Shown: one piece after another, positions 1 to 12,389 of the stretch | How the letters are laid out: every line of letters starts with the position of its first letter | Numbering within the stretch: position 1 is the stretch's first letter | NCBI GenBank assembly: GCA_001179505.1 | Contig: CDMY01000430.1 | Location: 13,884-77,883 of the forward strand | Origin: Vitrella brassicaformis CCMP3155 | Taxonomy: Eukaryota; Protista; Chromerida | DNA length: 64,000 bases | Direction: 5' to 3' | Notes under the pieces: generated by a model | What the model saw: the letters and a program-made list of their open reading frames with translations, nothing else | The model's database searches: none | What the model was told of the DNA's origin: nothing | Program-made: the position numbers and the translations under genes

Positions 1-207
1 CAGGTGAGCCGATGGCCGTCACGCAGCATTCTGGCACGCAGATCTACTCGTCTGAGTGCTCCTGTGTCTGCCTGGCAGGTGTGTTGTTGAGTCGCATTGC
101 CGCCCTCTCTATTGCCAGGTGAGCCGATGGCCGTCAAGCAGCATTCTGGCACGCAGATCTACTCGTCTGAGTGCTCCTGCGTCTGCCTGGCAGGTGTGTT
201 GATGTTT
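1..207 (+). repeat. 115-bp tandem repeat (one full unit plus a partial second; the same pair recurs at about 990-1180)
   Basis: The unit caggtgagccgatggccgtca...ctctctattgc starts at 1 and again at 116; the second copy runs to about gcaggtgtgttg and then diverges. Confidence 0.85.
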
Positions 208-1662
208 CGTTTGGCCGCATTGCAGGCTTCTCTCACCGTGCTGATGGCCGCGCCGCAGTATTCCAGCTTATACACATACGCTCCCACATATGTGCTCCGG
301 TATGCGGGTCCTCCCGCATTCATGTGTGTGCGCCATTGATTAGTGCATTCATAGCATGTGAGCACAAAGTTTTTGTCATGCCCATGCTTGTGTGTGTCCT
401 TGCGTGTTTTATTGTTAGTTGATACGTCGACTGATGGGAATGCAGTGAGTGTATATACAGCGCACAGGGCATGTTGAGCGGGTCAGCTAGATATGGGTCA
501 GAAGGATAGAAGTGCGAGAGATGTCTGACTTCAAGTTGGTCTCCGCCGTCCCTACCGAAAGAGCCCCCGGGGGGCTAAAGGTCTGTTGGAGCCGGTCCGC
601 CGCTCCTCGCCCTTGCTTGTGTCGCACCAGTAGCGGTGGGATACCGGTGGTGTAGCATTCATATTGTGTCTTTCTTGGCCGTTTATCCCNNNNNNNNNNN
701 NNNNNNNNNNNNNNNNNNNNNNNNNNNNNNNNNNNNNNNNNNNNNNNNNNNNNNNNNNNNNNNNNNNNNNNNNNNNNNNNNNNNNNNNNNNNNNNNNNNN
801 NNNNNNNNNNNNNNNNNNNNNNNNNNNNNNNNNNNNNNNNNNNNNNNNNNNNNNNNNNNNNNNNNNNNNNNNNNNNNNNNNNNNNNNNNNNNNNNNNNNN
901 NNNNNNNNNNNNNNNNNNNNNNNNNNNNNNNNNNNNNNNNNNNNNNNNNNNNNNNNNNNNNNNNNNNNNNNNNNNNNNNNNNNNNNNNNCGTCAAGCAGC
1001 ATTCTGGCACGCAGATCTACTCGTCTGAGTGCTCCTGTGTCTGCCTGGCAGGTGTGTTGTTGAGTCGCATTGCCGCCCTCTCTATTGCCAGGTGAGCCGA
1101 TGGCCGTCAAGCAGCATTCTGGCACGCAGATCTACTCGTCTGAGTGCTCCTGCGTCTGCCTGGCAGGTGTGTTGATGTTTCGTTTGGCCGCATTGCAGGC
1201 TTCTCTCACCGTGCTGATGGCCGCGCCGCAGTATTCCAGCTTATACACATACGCTCCCACATATGTGCTCCGGTATGCGGGTCCTCCCGCATTCATGTGT
1301 GTGCGCCATTGATTAGTGCATTCATAGCATGTGAGCACAAAGTTTTTGTCATGCCCATGCTTGTGTGTGTCCTTGCGTGTTTTATTGTTAGTTGATACGT
1401 CGACTGATGGGAATGCAGTGAGTGTATATACAGCGCACAGGGCATGTTGAGCGGGTCAGCTAGATATGGGTCAGAAGGATAGAAGTGCGAGAGATGTCTG
1501 ACTTCAAGTTGGTCTCCGCCGTCCCTACCGAAAGAGCCCCCGGGGGGCTAAAGGTCTGTTGGAGCCGGTCCGCCGCTCCTCGCCCTTGCTTGTGTCGCAC
1601 CAGTAGCGGTGGGATACCGGTGGTGTAGCATTCATATTGTGTCTTTCTTGGCCGTTTATCCC
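17..1662 (+). repeat. About 673-bp direct duplication across the first N gap (17-689 vs 990-1662), probably a contig overlap or haplotype artefact
   Basis: Identical ORFs recur at offset 973 (97..339 and 1070..1312). One mismatch was noticed (c22 vs a995). The left copy ends exactly at the gap. Confidence 0.85.
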
Positions 1663-3254
1663 AGTCTGTCTCCCGTCGTGCTTCTCTTCACGCCTCCCTT
1701 CCACTCGCCTTTTCCTACCTGCCACGCCCTGTACCTGCCTTTTTTTTTACGGTGTCGCGCACGTCCCAAGCGGCAGGTCTTTTTTGCAGACCTGCCACGC
1801 TTACGATAAATGATGGGGGGGGGAGGGAGAAGATTGAGACAAACAGAAGATACCGTGTGTGAAAAAAACCGCAAAAGCAGAGAAACCAATGCGTTTCTCC
1901 TCGATGGGCCTGGCCGCGAACGCGGCTCGACGAACGGTTACGAGGGGGGAGGGGTCCCCGAGTAATGGGAGGCGATCGGGAAGGGACACCAGGCAAAATG
2001 TCGCACCAAAGTCGATTATCCACACTAAACCAGTGATCGCGATTGGCCACGGGCTTAGGTTTAGGGTAGCTAATGAAAGAGAGGATGCAAGAGCCACAAC
2101 GATTTAACTGTATTTTGCAAGGATCCGGGAAGAGCGGATGAAGAGGACTCAGTCATTAGCGGTAGGACTGGTCCAGAAGCCGAGAATCGACTGTTTTTGA
2201 TGGGTGATTGCAGTGAAGGCACATCGTGTGAAGTCAGATGTTCGTGCGGACCATGCAATGTCGCCCCCTCCCCCTTGAACGGGGGAGGGGGCTGCAAAAG
2301 ACAAGCTTCAATGGGTCAATGTTCATCGGTAGGAGACAATATGGCAGTTGCACACTGGCACAAATTGCAGTTGGAAAGCCGTCTGAAGACTCGTTGTGCT
2401 GGGGGGAGGGGCAGACAGACAAAGTGGGGCCTTGCACGCGCGAGTACATGCCATGCAGAAAGCATGGTTGGTTGGTCATTGTGTTTAACGAGACTCGTGT
2501 CTGTAACCCCGAGGGGATCCTGTCCAGGTCAAGCATGAATTCACCTCATGCTTACTCCTCGATCGACAAGGGCCACGGGTCGAGGAAAACTTGCGATTGG
2601 AACGAATGTTCTGAGTCGTTCGTTGGGAGATTAGAGGAGAATGTGGAGTGCGACCCATACCGCATGCACTCGGCGCTCAGAGGAGTGATCGTCTGAGCCT
2701 CTCGTGCTCCCTCAGCGGCTTCAGAATGTCTGGCGCTGGCTCACCGCCGACAGACAACAGTTTCCCATCGACTGGTACAGAAGCACCGCACACAACCGAC
2801 AATCAGTCATTGTGCTTGACTCGCTCTCGCTCACCGAGGTTTCATCTGCTGTGCTGTGCTTTCCATGTGGGCCGTGTTGGCATTCAGCTGGTGTGCTGGG
2901 CTGTGCCCCGACGTGCCGACGACGACGCGGATCAGCATGACGTCAACGACCCGCAGACCTATCAGGACCTCGCGACGCCCATGCCGGAGACCAGACAGGA
3001 GAACGCCAACCTCTACTTATTCAGATCCAGGCTGTAGTATGCACAGCTGCACTATACACAAAAGAACGCATCGCATCGACTGTCTGGCTGTCTGTCAGTG
3101 GGCACACGCGGCACTTTGATCTCATTCCGTTCAGCACAAACTACGTCCCATTCGCGCAGGCGTACCGGCAGGAGCCTCTAAACGATGTTGCCAACGACGA
3201 GGATCGTTTGGTGGAAGCGGAAATGCACTAGCGGCAGAGGGCACTAAGGGACGC

Positions 3255-3385
3255 TCTGCAGATTTGGTGTGCGGCAGCAACAAGAAGCCGCCAACCATCA
3301 TGCTGTGTAAAAGATGCGACAGCGGCTTCCATTCATCCGCCATGCGTCCCGGTGGACCACAGGCTGACCGCCGTGCCCGATATGC
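3255..3385 (+). pseudogene. Degenerate PHD-finger-like relic
   Basis: One frame reads VCGSNKKPPTIMLCKRCDSGFH and an adjacent frame continues CVPVDHRLTAVPD. This resembles the PHD pattern CxxC...LCxxCxxGFHxxC..L..VP, but is frameshifted. Confidence 0.4.
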
Positions 3386-4575
3386 ATAGTAAGAAAATGG
3401 ATGCCACTCTTCAACGACGACGTGCAACCTTTCTTTCGATTGCACTATGATCAGACGCCATGGCGCTGCCAGCCCCTCGTTCGTCGTCACCCTCGACCCG
3501 CCAGGTTGCCTCAGGCGCCCTCCCGATCTGTACTTGCCTGGCGAGCCCTTACACGCGGGGCTGGTGACGTCGCTGTGGGCACAATCAGCGATATCCCGAT
3601 TAGCCGTCAGGGAAAGCATGGGATGTGTGGATCACTGCCGTTGGACTGTGTGCCTGAAGATCCGTCAGCTGAGGCGTTTGGCCTTCTGACTTGTGTGGAG
3701 AAGAGGCGGCGGACGAGGAGTTCGCTGTCGGTGCCCGTCGCGCACAGTGACGTGCCGTTTACTGCCGACGGACCGGTGGAGGAGAAACGGATGAAGAGGA
3801 TGAGATAGTTCAGCATGCGGGGATACACATATAGCATCGATTAAATATGTTTTTCTCTATGTGTGCACACAAGATACATGCATGTGTCGATCGGATGCGC
3901 CATGGGATGGATTTGATGAGCTGGCGTTTTGCATTTGATGAGCTGCCAAGGCAAGGATAAGTAGAGCTCGACGTGTGGATTCAGCCGGGCCACGCCCACC
4001 AACTTGAGGTGGGCGGGGCCCGGCTGAGCCTCCATGCATGTCTCATCCTCTTCATAATGCGATTCCCCAGACAGTTTGACTTGAATAGAGAAGCAGTGCG
4101 TGTCTGCTTTCGCGGGTCTGTCCATGATGGTAGTGTTATACATAGTAGCGTGTCTTGTGTGTCTGAACAAACAGCTCTCGTGTCTGTTCATGATGTTGTT
4201 ACTGTACATGCTGACTTGTCTTGTGTCTCGGAACAGACGGCTCTTTTGAAGCTCTTTTGAAGGGCTGTCGACGCTTCATATATTGCATACCCCTTGAGGT
4301 TCCGGTGGCGTGTTCCCAGCGTAAGTTGGTTTCCTTCCATTATTATTCCCCAACCCCTAGACCTTCCTGCTAGATTCTCCCCCCCGATCTTCCTCGTGTT
4401 TTGTCCTTCCCTAACTCGCTTGACACAATAAGGCCGGTGCCCTTATTCTACCAGCATGTCAGTTTTCACAACGGCTACCCTAAAGACTGCTCAATTCTAG
4501 AACACGGGGGAGATGCTGACATCTCCCTCCCTTCATCAGCGCAGCGGTATATCTCCCCAGTAGCTAACCGTACAA

Positions 4576-4745
4576 GAAACCCTAAGGTACACATTTAGGG
4601 TTTCCTTTTCGGCTTCATGGTGACGTCAAGCGCCCGCTGGTGGTTCGAACGGTGTGCTTCTCGAGTCGCGCGGCACAGTATCTCGCGAGCACAGCGGAAT
4701 TCGATCAAGATCTATGGGACATTCAAACCCTAAACCCTAAACCCT
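4576..4745. repeat. Interstitial telomere-like / telo-box motifs: inverted pair GAAACCCTAA...TTAGGGTTTC (4576-4604) and (AAACCCT)x3 (4725-4745)
   Basis: Read directly from the sequence; another TTTAGGG is at 2060-2066. Confidence 0.8.
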
Positions 4746-6520
4746 GACCTATGAAGACGTGCGCCGAGGTGGCGTTGTCAACCTTATCACTTTGCCCGCT
4801 CCAGCTTGAGCTCCTCGGGATCCACGGCCGCCGGAGGCGGCCGGCACATGCTCTTCAGTGTCATTTCATGCCACCCTGTAGCATTCCCTCCCTTCATGTG
4901 CTGGGCTCCGAACAGCACCATTATCGGCTGCAGGGTGTGGAAGGCGCATGAACATGAGACATAATCCATCACACATCAACACATCCGCTGAGTGATGCAC
5001 CTCGGCTCAGCTACATGACGTTCGCAGCACCTCGCGAGTGTGCTTCCCGGCCTGGGGTCCGTATCGTCGAGTGGCTCCCCCGACCGTTTGTAAACACTGT
5101 AGGTGCGGGCTTAGCTCCCTTCATTCGCCTCAGGATGATATCCCCTCAGCTATCCCTCGGGTACGTAGCCTCACAGAAACCCATTGTGGTCACTCACTAT
5201 CCTTCATCATGCAACAACACGATGGCGACTCTGCTGTTCAGGCAAGGCGATGGCCTCCGACTTCTTGCTGTTCTGTTTCTGACCAGTGTTCGGGTGCCTG
5301 GCTCCCCCTTGCCTCGGCTCCTCTTCTCCTCTGCTCCTCCTTGTGATGCGCGTCCTCATCAACGGTGATGGTCGTGGGCGTCCCGCCTTCACCTTCCAGC
5401 ATCATCGCATCGCCATCTCAACAACAACACATAAGGTGAGCCCCCCCAGTCATTGTCAGGAGATCTGTGCGCTCAAATCGCCCTCTGTCTGTCTGTGTCG
5501 TTTCAGGGCTCTTCGGAGCTGGGATTCACAGTGCCTACAAGCCTGTCTAACGCAATGGCGTCAAGGACAGAGTGTCCAAGCGATACAGCGCCAAGGGGAG
5601 GTGATCAAAGTGATGGCTGGGCGAGCTTCATGCTACCGAGGCGAAGTAGCATCCCAGCAGCAGACGCGGCTCCAGCACCGAGACGAGTTGGTGTGAAATC
5701 GCGCGTCAGATCACCGACGACCCCGAAGGCGTGCCGCCCTTCTTCTCTTCCCGTCTTCCATCATGCTGACTGACATGGTTGGTACACCGAATCTCTATCG
5801 TGGCCACAGTCGGACTGCCTCTATCCGACTGCAGGTGTGGCTTGATTTGGCTGCCACTGTTATCTCCTGAGTGTGCTCACTCCCTCATGACACGTAAGCA
5901 CATACACGCACATGCACAAACACGCACACATACACGAACACGAACACATACATGAACACGTATCCTCCTCTCTCTCGCAGGTAGACGTGTTGTGAAAGGC
6001 GACGCAGGGCGTCCATCGTCAATGTCCATGCTTACTCGCTCACAAGCACGTCATGCCGCTTCGGACCCTACGTCTTTCCCAACTACACACTCTACCTACC
6101 CGCACGGGGCACCACTGAGCCGACACACACTTCCACGTAGGTCCCGGCTGGGAACAGTGTAGCACTAACCCTTAACTCAGGGCTCAGCAAGAGTCCTGCC
6201 TTGCCAACGTCCCCAGGCCGTTTGTTAGTGCGTCCCTGCCACTCCTGTGCATGCCTCCGTCGCGCTCTTCCTACCTTCCCCGTGCGTAATCATGTAATCA
6301 TGCAATCATGTAATCATACAACCCCAACTTACTCTTACCAGCGGACACTTGCTTTGTCATGTAGTCACGCACCCTCAGCAGCAACACAGGTACACACACA
6401 TACACATGCAACACACACGTAACGCACCCCCCACACGCATTCATGCACAAAGAGAGAAGGATGCTGTGGCTGCTGTTGTTGTTATCTCTCAGGTAGTGTT
6501 TCAAGAGTGCTGGGAACTCG

Positions 6521-9500
6521 TCAGTCCATGCGCTGGATCGGTTGCCATGCTGTGCCGCCAGATGGAGCAGGCACAGCCGGATCGTCACGCTCTCTCTCCC
6601 ATTGGTAATTCCGAAGGAAGCTAGCCAAAGGAATCGTCTGCTTCCGTCCTGCGAGACTCTCCTTCTTTAGTCTCTTTGTGCGCGTCGGTTCCTTCAGGTA
6701 TTGTATCTGTATGCCTTCCTTGTCCAACCTCGTCACCTTGACAGTGTGCTCGCGACTGAGCTCCTTTACATGGCGGACTTGCACCACAGAATACAACGCG
6801 GGAAAGAGCGAAGCATGCTCGTCCAGGTCAGGCACGTTTTCACTATTCTCGTATTCCTGTACGAGCTCTGTGCAAGTGAGGTTCTCTTCGTCTTCCCAGG
6901 TTGAATGCGAGAGCGGATACCAGCGCCATTTGAGCTTGTACTGCACCTTGCCGTGGTGCGTCCTCTTGCCGATGACCTGCTCGACTTCGTATCGATCGCC
7001 ACGCTCAAATCGCTGGTCTGGTTGGACGTCTCTGAGGCTCGGGTCATGTGCTATCGGGTCGAATGTGGTCTCTGATGCTCTCTGCGTTCGAGCTGTCGGC
7101 ACGGGGTCTTCCTGGAGGACAAAATCCTTCAAGACACGCTCTTGCCCAGGCGACAAAAATGCGCCCTGATTGAAGATTGTCTGCCTCCTGTCCCTCTTCA
7201 GGTCGCTTTCCTTCACATCAATTCCGTCCTCTGGTGGTGGCGCTTCCTCGTCTTCTGGTGGTGGTGCTCTCTTCAGCCGATCGACATTGATGCTCCTCGC
7301 CTTTTGATCGCCACACACACGGACCTTGTAGGTGACTGGTCCTTTCTTCTCCTGGACGATGCCGACTGTCCGCCAAGGTGAGGCCAGCTTCCTGCTGAGA
7401 CCCTTAGGCACTTGGTCATTGTATATGCGCACTCTGTCTTCTTCCTGGAATTGCCTTGGTGCAGGCAATTCTTTCTCGCGTTCAGCGGCTTGCTGCTTCT
7501 TCTTGCTCATCATCTCACGAGCTTTCTTGTGGACCGCTTGAAGACCCTCTTTTATCACCTCGACGGCTTCCTTTACGTCGATTGGCTCTGCATTCCTCGC
7601 GAACAAGCCTTGCCGTGCTGCTCGGATGCACCGCTTCTCGGCCGTACAGCATCTTGAATGGCGTGAATCCTGTGGACTCATGCTCTGTCGTACGATACGC
7701 GTACAAGGCCAAGGGAATCACTTTGTCCCAGTTGGTTTGCTCCTTATTGAGATACGGACGTATCCAATCCTTCGTGTACGGTTGAAGCGTTCGATCAGCC
7801 CATTGGCCTGCGGATGCCTTGCTGATGTTGTTGTGTGCTTGATGTGCAGCTTGGCCGTCACTTCGCGCATCACATCATTGACGAAGTGCGAGCCATTATC
7901 AGTGATTATCTCACCGATCTTCCCGTGCCTCGCTATCATATCCATGAGCGCTTCGATTACGTCCTCGCCAGTCGGGCCGGTGCCAGGAGCCTTCGAAAAC
8001 GTGAAGACTTCTGGCCACTTGGTAAAGGTATCTTGGACGGTGAACGCAAACGACTTCTCGTCCAGAGAGATCGGCAGGGCACCGATGAAATCCATCGTCA
8101 CTTTTTGGAATGGCCTTTCGGCCGATGCTGTCTGGATGCTTGCTCTCTTGCTTGCCAACAGCTTCCATTTGCTTTGACACTTCTGACATGCCTCTGTATG
8201 CTTCCGAAGGTCCGTATACATACCAGGCCAATAGTATTGTTGCGCCATTCGTTTGTATGCTCTCTCGACTGCCAGGTGGCCGCCGAAGATGTGCTCATGA
8301 TGCAGCGTCAGCGCCTCCTTTCTCAGTGACGTGGGCACGAGCAGGACTGGACCATGCTCTTGGCGTCTCGACACGATCGATACAAGCCCATTATGTAAGC
8401 ACACGTCGGCGAGCCTTGGCCAGTATGCTCTGGGAATGGCATCGCGCAGCTGATCGAGCTCTACGTTGGCTGCTTCTCTCTCCTGTGCCCTCAGGTATGC
8501 CTTGACGCGCGAGACCTCGGCACATTGGTCTTGGGCCTTCTTGATCTCATCGAGATAGAACAGCTGACTGACAGGCATGGACCTTAGCTCAACCGCATTG
8601 ATATTGGCGTCAACCGATTGCGACCCAACAGCACCCAACTGATATGCCTCTTCGTCACTCGCCAGAGGTATGTACTCAGTGTTTTTCTGCATGCCAGAAG
8701 GCCGTGACATTGCATCCACGTCTCCATGTTGTGCTCCAGGTCGGTGGCGAAAGACGAAGTCGTAGTCTTGCAACATCCCTGACCATCTATTGAGCTTGCG
8801 GTTACTTCCTTCCGCGTGTTTCAACGCTCTCAACGCGTGATGGTCAGATACCAACTCAAATCGCCGTCCAAACAGGTAGGGACGGAAATAGCGCACGAAG
8901 ACAAAGATGGCGAACGCTTCTCTCTCTGTGGCCGACCACTTGCGCTCAGGAACGGCAAGGACGCGGCTCACGCAATGGATCGGTCTTTCGTGCCCTTTGT
9001 CGTCTCGCTGGCAGAGGATTGCTCCAATCGCATAGTCACTCGCGTCTGTCTTGAGCACGAATGGCTTCGAAAAGTCAGGCAACACCAGCACAGGTGCTTC
9101 CGTCAGCAGTGCATCTCGCTGGGCGTCGCCCCACTCAAATGGCACGTCTTTCTTCGTAAGGTCAGTGAGTGGTCGAGCCAGCTTAGCGTAGCCATGCACA
9201 AATCGCTTGTAAAACTGCAGACCCCCAAGGACACTGCGCAGCTCTTTTTGGTTCGTTGGTTCAGGCTGGTTGATCATGCCCTCGACCTTCTTTGGGTCGG
9301 CTTCCAGTCCGTCTCGAGAGAATGAAGCCAAGTACGGATATCTTGCGCGCGAAAAAGGTGCACTTGCTTGGCTTCACTTTGATGTTGCTTGCCTGCAGCA
9401 GTCGGAAGACCTCAAGGATGTGGCTGCAGTGATCCTCAAAGGTGCGTGAGAAGATCACTATGTCATCGACATACACAAACGCACTCTTCCAAAGCACTGG

Positions 9501-11578
9501 TGCTAATGCCTTGTCCATCACTCTCTGGAATGTCGCTACGCTGTTGCACAGACCCATGGGCATGCGGATCCATTGCAGTTGTGTCTGCCCGTTGACCGAG
9601 AAGGCCGTCTTGTGTCTGTCTTCTGGGCTGACTTCGACCTGCCAAAAGCCCGACGTCGCATCGAGCGTCGTGAACCACGACATGCCCTGGAGGGAGTCAA
9701 AACACTGATCAATCAAAGGTGGGGCGTAGCGAGACTTCTGAGTCATTTCGTTGAGCCAGCGATAGTCCACACACAGACGCCAGCTGCCGTCTTTCTTCTG
9801 ACCATTACGATGGCTGCATTGTATTCAGAATCAGCAGCTTCGACGACACCGCTGCTCTTCAAGTCGCTCACTATCTTCACTGCTTCCTCATGCTCAATCT
9901 GAGCCAGCCTACGAGGCTTCATGTACGGAGGAATGCCACTGACACTGATGCGATGGACACCGAGAGACGGATCGACATGGCCAAGGTCGTTCTTGTCACA
10001 CGAAAACACGCCCGTCCGTTGTGCTGCTTTGATCACATCCACTGCCCGTCTTTTCTGTTGGTCCGTCAGGCCTTTGCCGATTTGTATCCCATGGCTGATT
10101 TCGTCAGCATCTGGGTAGCTACGGATGCTTTCTGTTTGTGGCTGCGTGGCCATCAAGTGATCGATCCGCTCTCTATCAATCTCACAAGGTACGACATCAG
10201 CATCAGCCACCTCGACTGCTGCAATCCGTCCCGTCTCGTCCACAGGTCGCTGCATTGTGGGCATGGAAGGGAGTACATCAAACCAGCCCAGCAGGTGGTT
10301 CTTGGGCAAGACGACCCTCTTGTGTGACGGATTGCTGATCCTGATATGCACACAACGACCTGATATCACTTCGCTTGTCTCGTCATCTACACATAGCCAT
10401 GCGCCTCTGTGGCATGCGAGTGCTGGATGCACTAACAGACGACCAACCTCCCCTTTCATCTGTCTGTCAGGTCCCTTCAATCGTGCTAGCACCCATGTCT
10501 CCCTGCCGGCCGGGATGGGTGTCTTTGCCGTGACATGGACCTGATAGCTCAATCTCTTCCCGTCCGCAGGTGCGTCGATTCGAGTCAGGCCAAAAGCCAT
10601 GACACTCAGGCTATTTATCCCACATGTCTGTGGTGCGTGTATGTCCATAGGTGGCCATTCTGGTCGTGATGTGACACGTACTTTTCCGATCTCATGGTCA
10701 ACGATGACCCTTTCTTCGCGAATCGCCTTGCCTCCCAGTAAGACGACACATTTGGAGTCATCGATGACATAGAAATCGACAGGCAGCGGGTTCGTGGCTG
10801 CTGTCTGTGTGTCCATTGTATCAGGCCACAAGGCGACTCTTGCGACCTTTTCGACCGCCACTTCACCATGGTGTAGCACACTGAGCGTCATGACGCCTGG
10901 ACATATCGTCACTTCTCTGTCTCCTTCCTTTCGCAGCTTGTCAAGCATCTTGGTGCTCATTACACTCAGGTCGGCACCAGTATCAACGAGCACATCCACT
11001 CTCACACCATTTGCTTTCATTCGCACCTAGGTCTGCCATCTAACAGTCGGCACGAGCCCACGTCGTCTCTCTCGCCTATCTTCTACAGCGCAGCACTGCA
11101 TCGCTTCCTCAGAACCACCTACAACATCCCCCTCACATACATGTAAGTGAGCCGCCTGCACTGCATCGTCAGTGCATTGCATATGATTCAACTGACACTC
11201 ATATTCGTCACTCCTTTCAGGCGCAGCAGGCGGAGAAGAAGGCGTCCCCTCTTCCCGCCGGCCGCAAACGAGGGCTTGGCTGGATCCGGCCTCGTTACAC
11301 AGTTCCAGCCCTCCGTCAATTGTCATCGGTGGCGACCCACCACCACCGGATCGACTAGGGACACTTGATCGGCTAGGGATGCTTGATCGACTAGGGATGC
11401 AAGTTCCCCTCAACTGACGGGTTACGCATGAGGGTTGACTCTCATATGATTGCTTGGTCAAGTACGTGTCCACCTCGTCTGTGTCACGTAAGTGGCTATC
11501 CGCAGAAAGCACTGGGGTGTAGCCCACGAAAACTGTCTCCCCCGTTCGCTCAGTTGTCTCTGTCTGACTTGCGGTCAA
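6521..11578 (-). mobile_element. pol: Ty3/gypsy chromovirus retrotransposon pol region (PR, dUTPase-like insert, RT, RNase H, integrase, chromodomain), inactivated by frameshifts; no gag or LTR pair recognised
   Basis: Protease VLVDTGAD; RT LCVDYRWLN, RMPMGLCNS, FVYVDDIVIFS; RNase H TDASDYAIGAIL, EREAFAI, SDHHAL; integrase HEHIFGGH..CQKCQ, VTMDFIG, ITDNGSHF, HPQANGLIERFN; GPY/F-like module; chromodomain YEVEQVIGKR..QYKLKWRWYPLSHSTWEDEENL (6848-6997). Frameshifts near 9795, 9320, 7775 and 7625; in-frame TAG at 11027-11029. Confidence 0.95.
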
Positions 11579-12389
11579 TCACTATTCCTTACTCGCTATT
11601 TTCACCCAAAACAGCCGTCGGGCGTGCAGCCGTGTGTAGCACAGTCACAGCCATCAGCATGCATGTACATGCCCGCACCTGCCCGCACCTCTGTGTGTGT
11701 GGTGTGGTCAGTCAGTCGTGTGCCCGAGTAATGGGAGGCGATCGGCCAGACGGAGAGCATACGAAAATGCCAGGCAACAAATATACACAGTTTTGTCGAG
11801 AGTGATTTTTGGTCGCCTCGAGGTTGAGTGAGGTTGAGTACGTATTTTAGAAGGGCTGGACAAGAGGAGACGCCAGAGGTTTCGGCAGAATTCACGTGTG
11901 GTGAGTGCATGCGGCGAGTGTTGGGGAATATGAAGGCTGCAATTACAAAGGCTTTGACGAGAGGACGATGCAGTCCCCCCCCCCCCATTTAGCCTTAAAG
12001 GGCGAACGTGTAGGTATTCCAGGCAGAGGATGATGCGCCCATCTTAGATGAGTGCATTTGGGTCGGACGGCAGGCATTGGTATTGGTGGAGCTTTGCAAG
12101 GGGAGGGAGACTGCGCGCTGTGATGATGCGGGGGCGTGTTATGGGGGCGTCTTGTTCCCGAAGTGAATGAGGCCTTTTTGTGTGGTTCAACCTGTTTCAG
12201 GCTGGTCGAAGCCTGGGATGGCAAAGAAGACGTGCTCAAGCTGGTCGGCGAGGTGACGAACGCTTTTGAAAACATGGCAATGCTCACCAATATCCTGCTC
12301 GCCAGGCTCCGCCAGACTTGAACATACGAAATACAAGCAGACAAGACACCAACTCGAGCCTACCCCGATGGCGGTGCCCGCCCGGGAGG

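Noticed and set aside
487-1125. ORFs spanning the N gaps (also 40741-42144 and 43947-44694)
   Set aside because: They are open only because Ns contain no stop codons.
1-1180. Possible CRISPR array
   Set aside because: The units are 115-bp near-identical tandem copies with no unique spacers, there are no cas genes, and the context is eukaryotic.
1772-1796. 9-bp hairpin ggcaggtct/agacctgcc as a Helitron 3' end or terminator
   Set aside because: No CTRR terminus follows and no Rep/helicase sequence was seen.
2234-2536. PQHNESSDGF as a decayed integrase motif
   Set aside because: The similarity is too weak and no flanking integrase motifs support it.
4751-5773. Possible spliced plus-strand gene
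   Set aside because: Splice-like sites exist, but I could not build a convincing reading frame or recognise a domain.
5880-6500. Candidate 3' LTR of the gypsy element
   Set aside because: No matching copy was found at 11600-12100, and there is no clear TG..CA, PPT or TSD.
11720-11748. Sequence ending in CCA as a tRNA 3' end or PBS
   Set aside because: There is no T-loop (TTCG) or cloverleaf, and no LTR end is adjacent.
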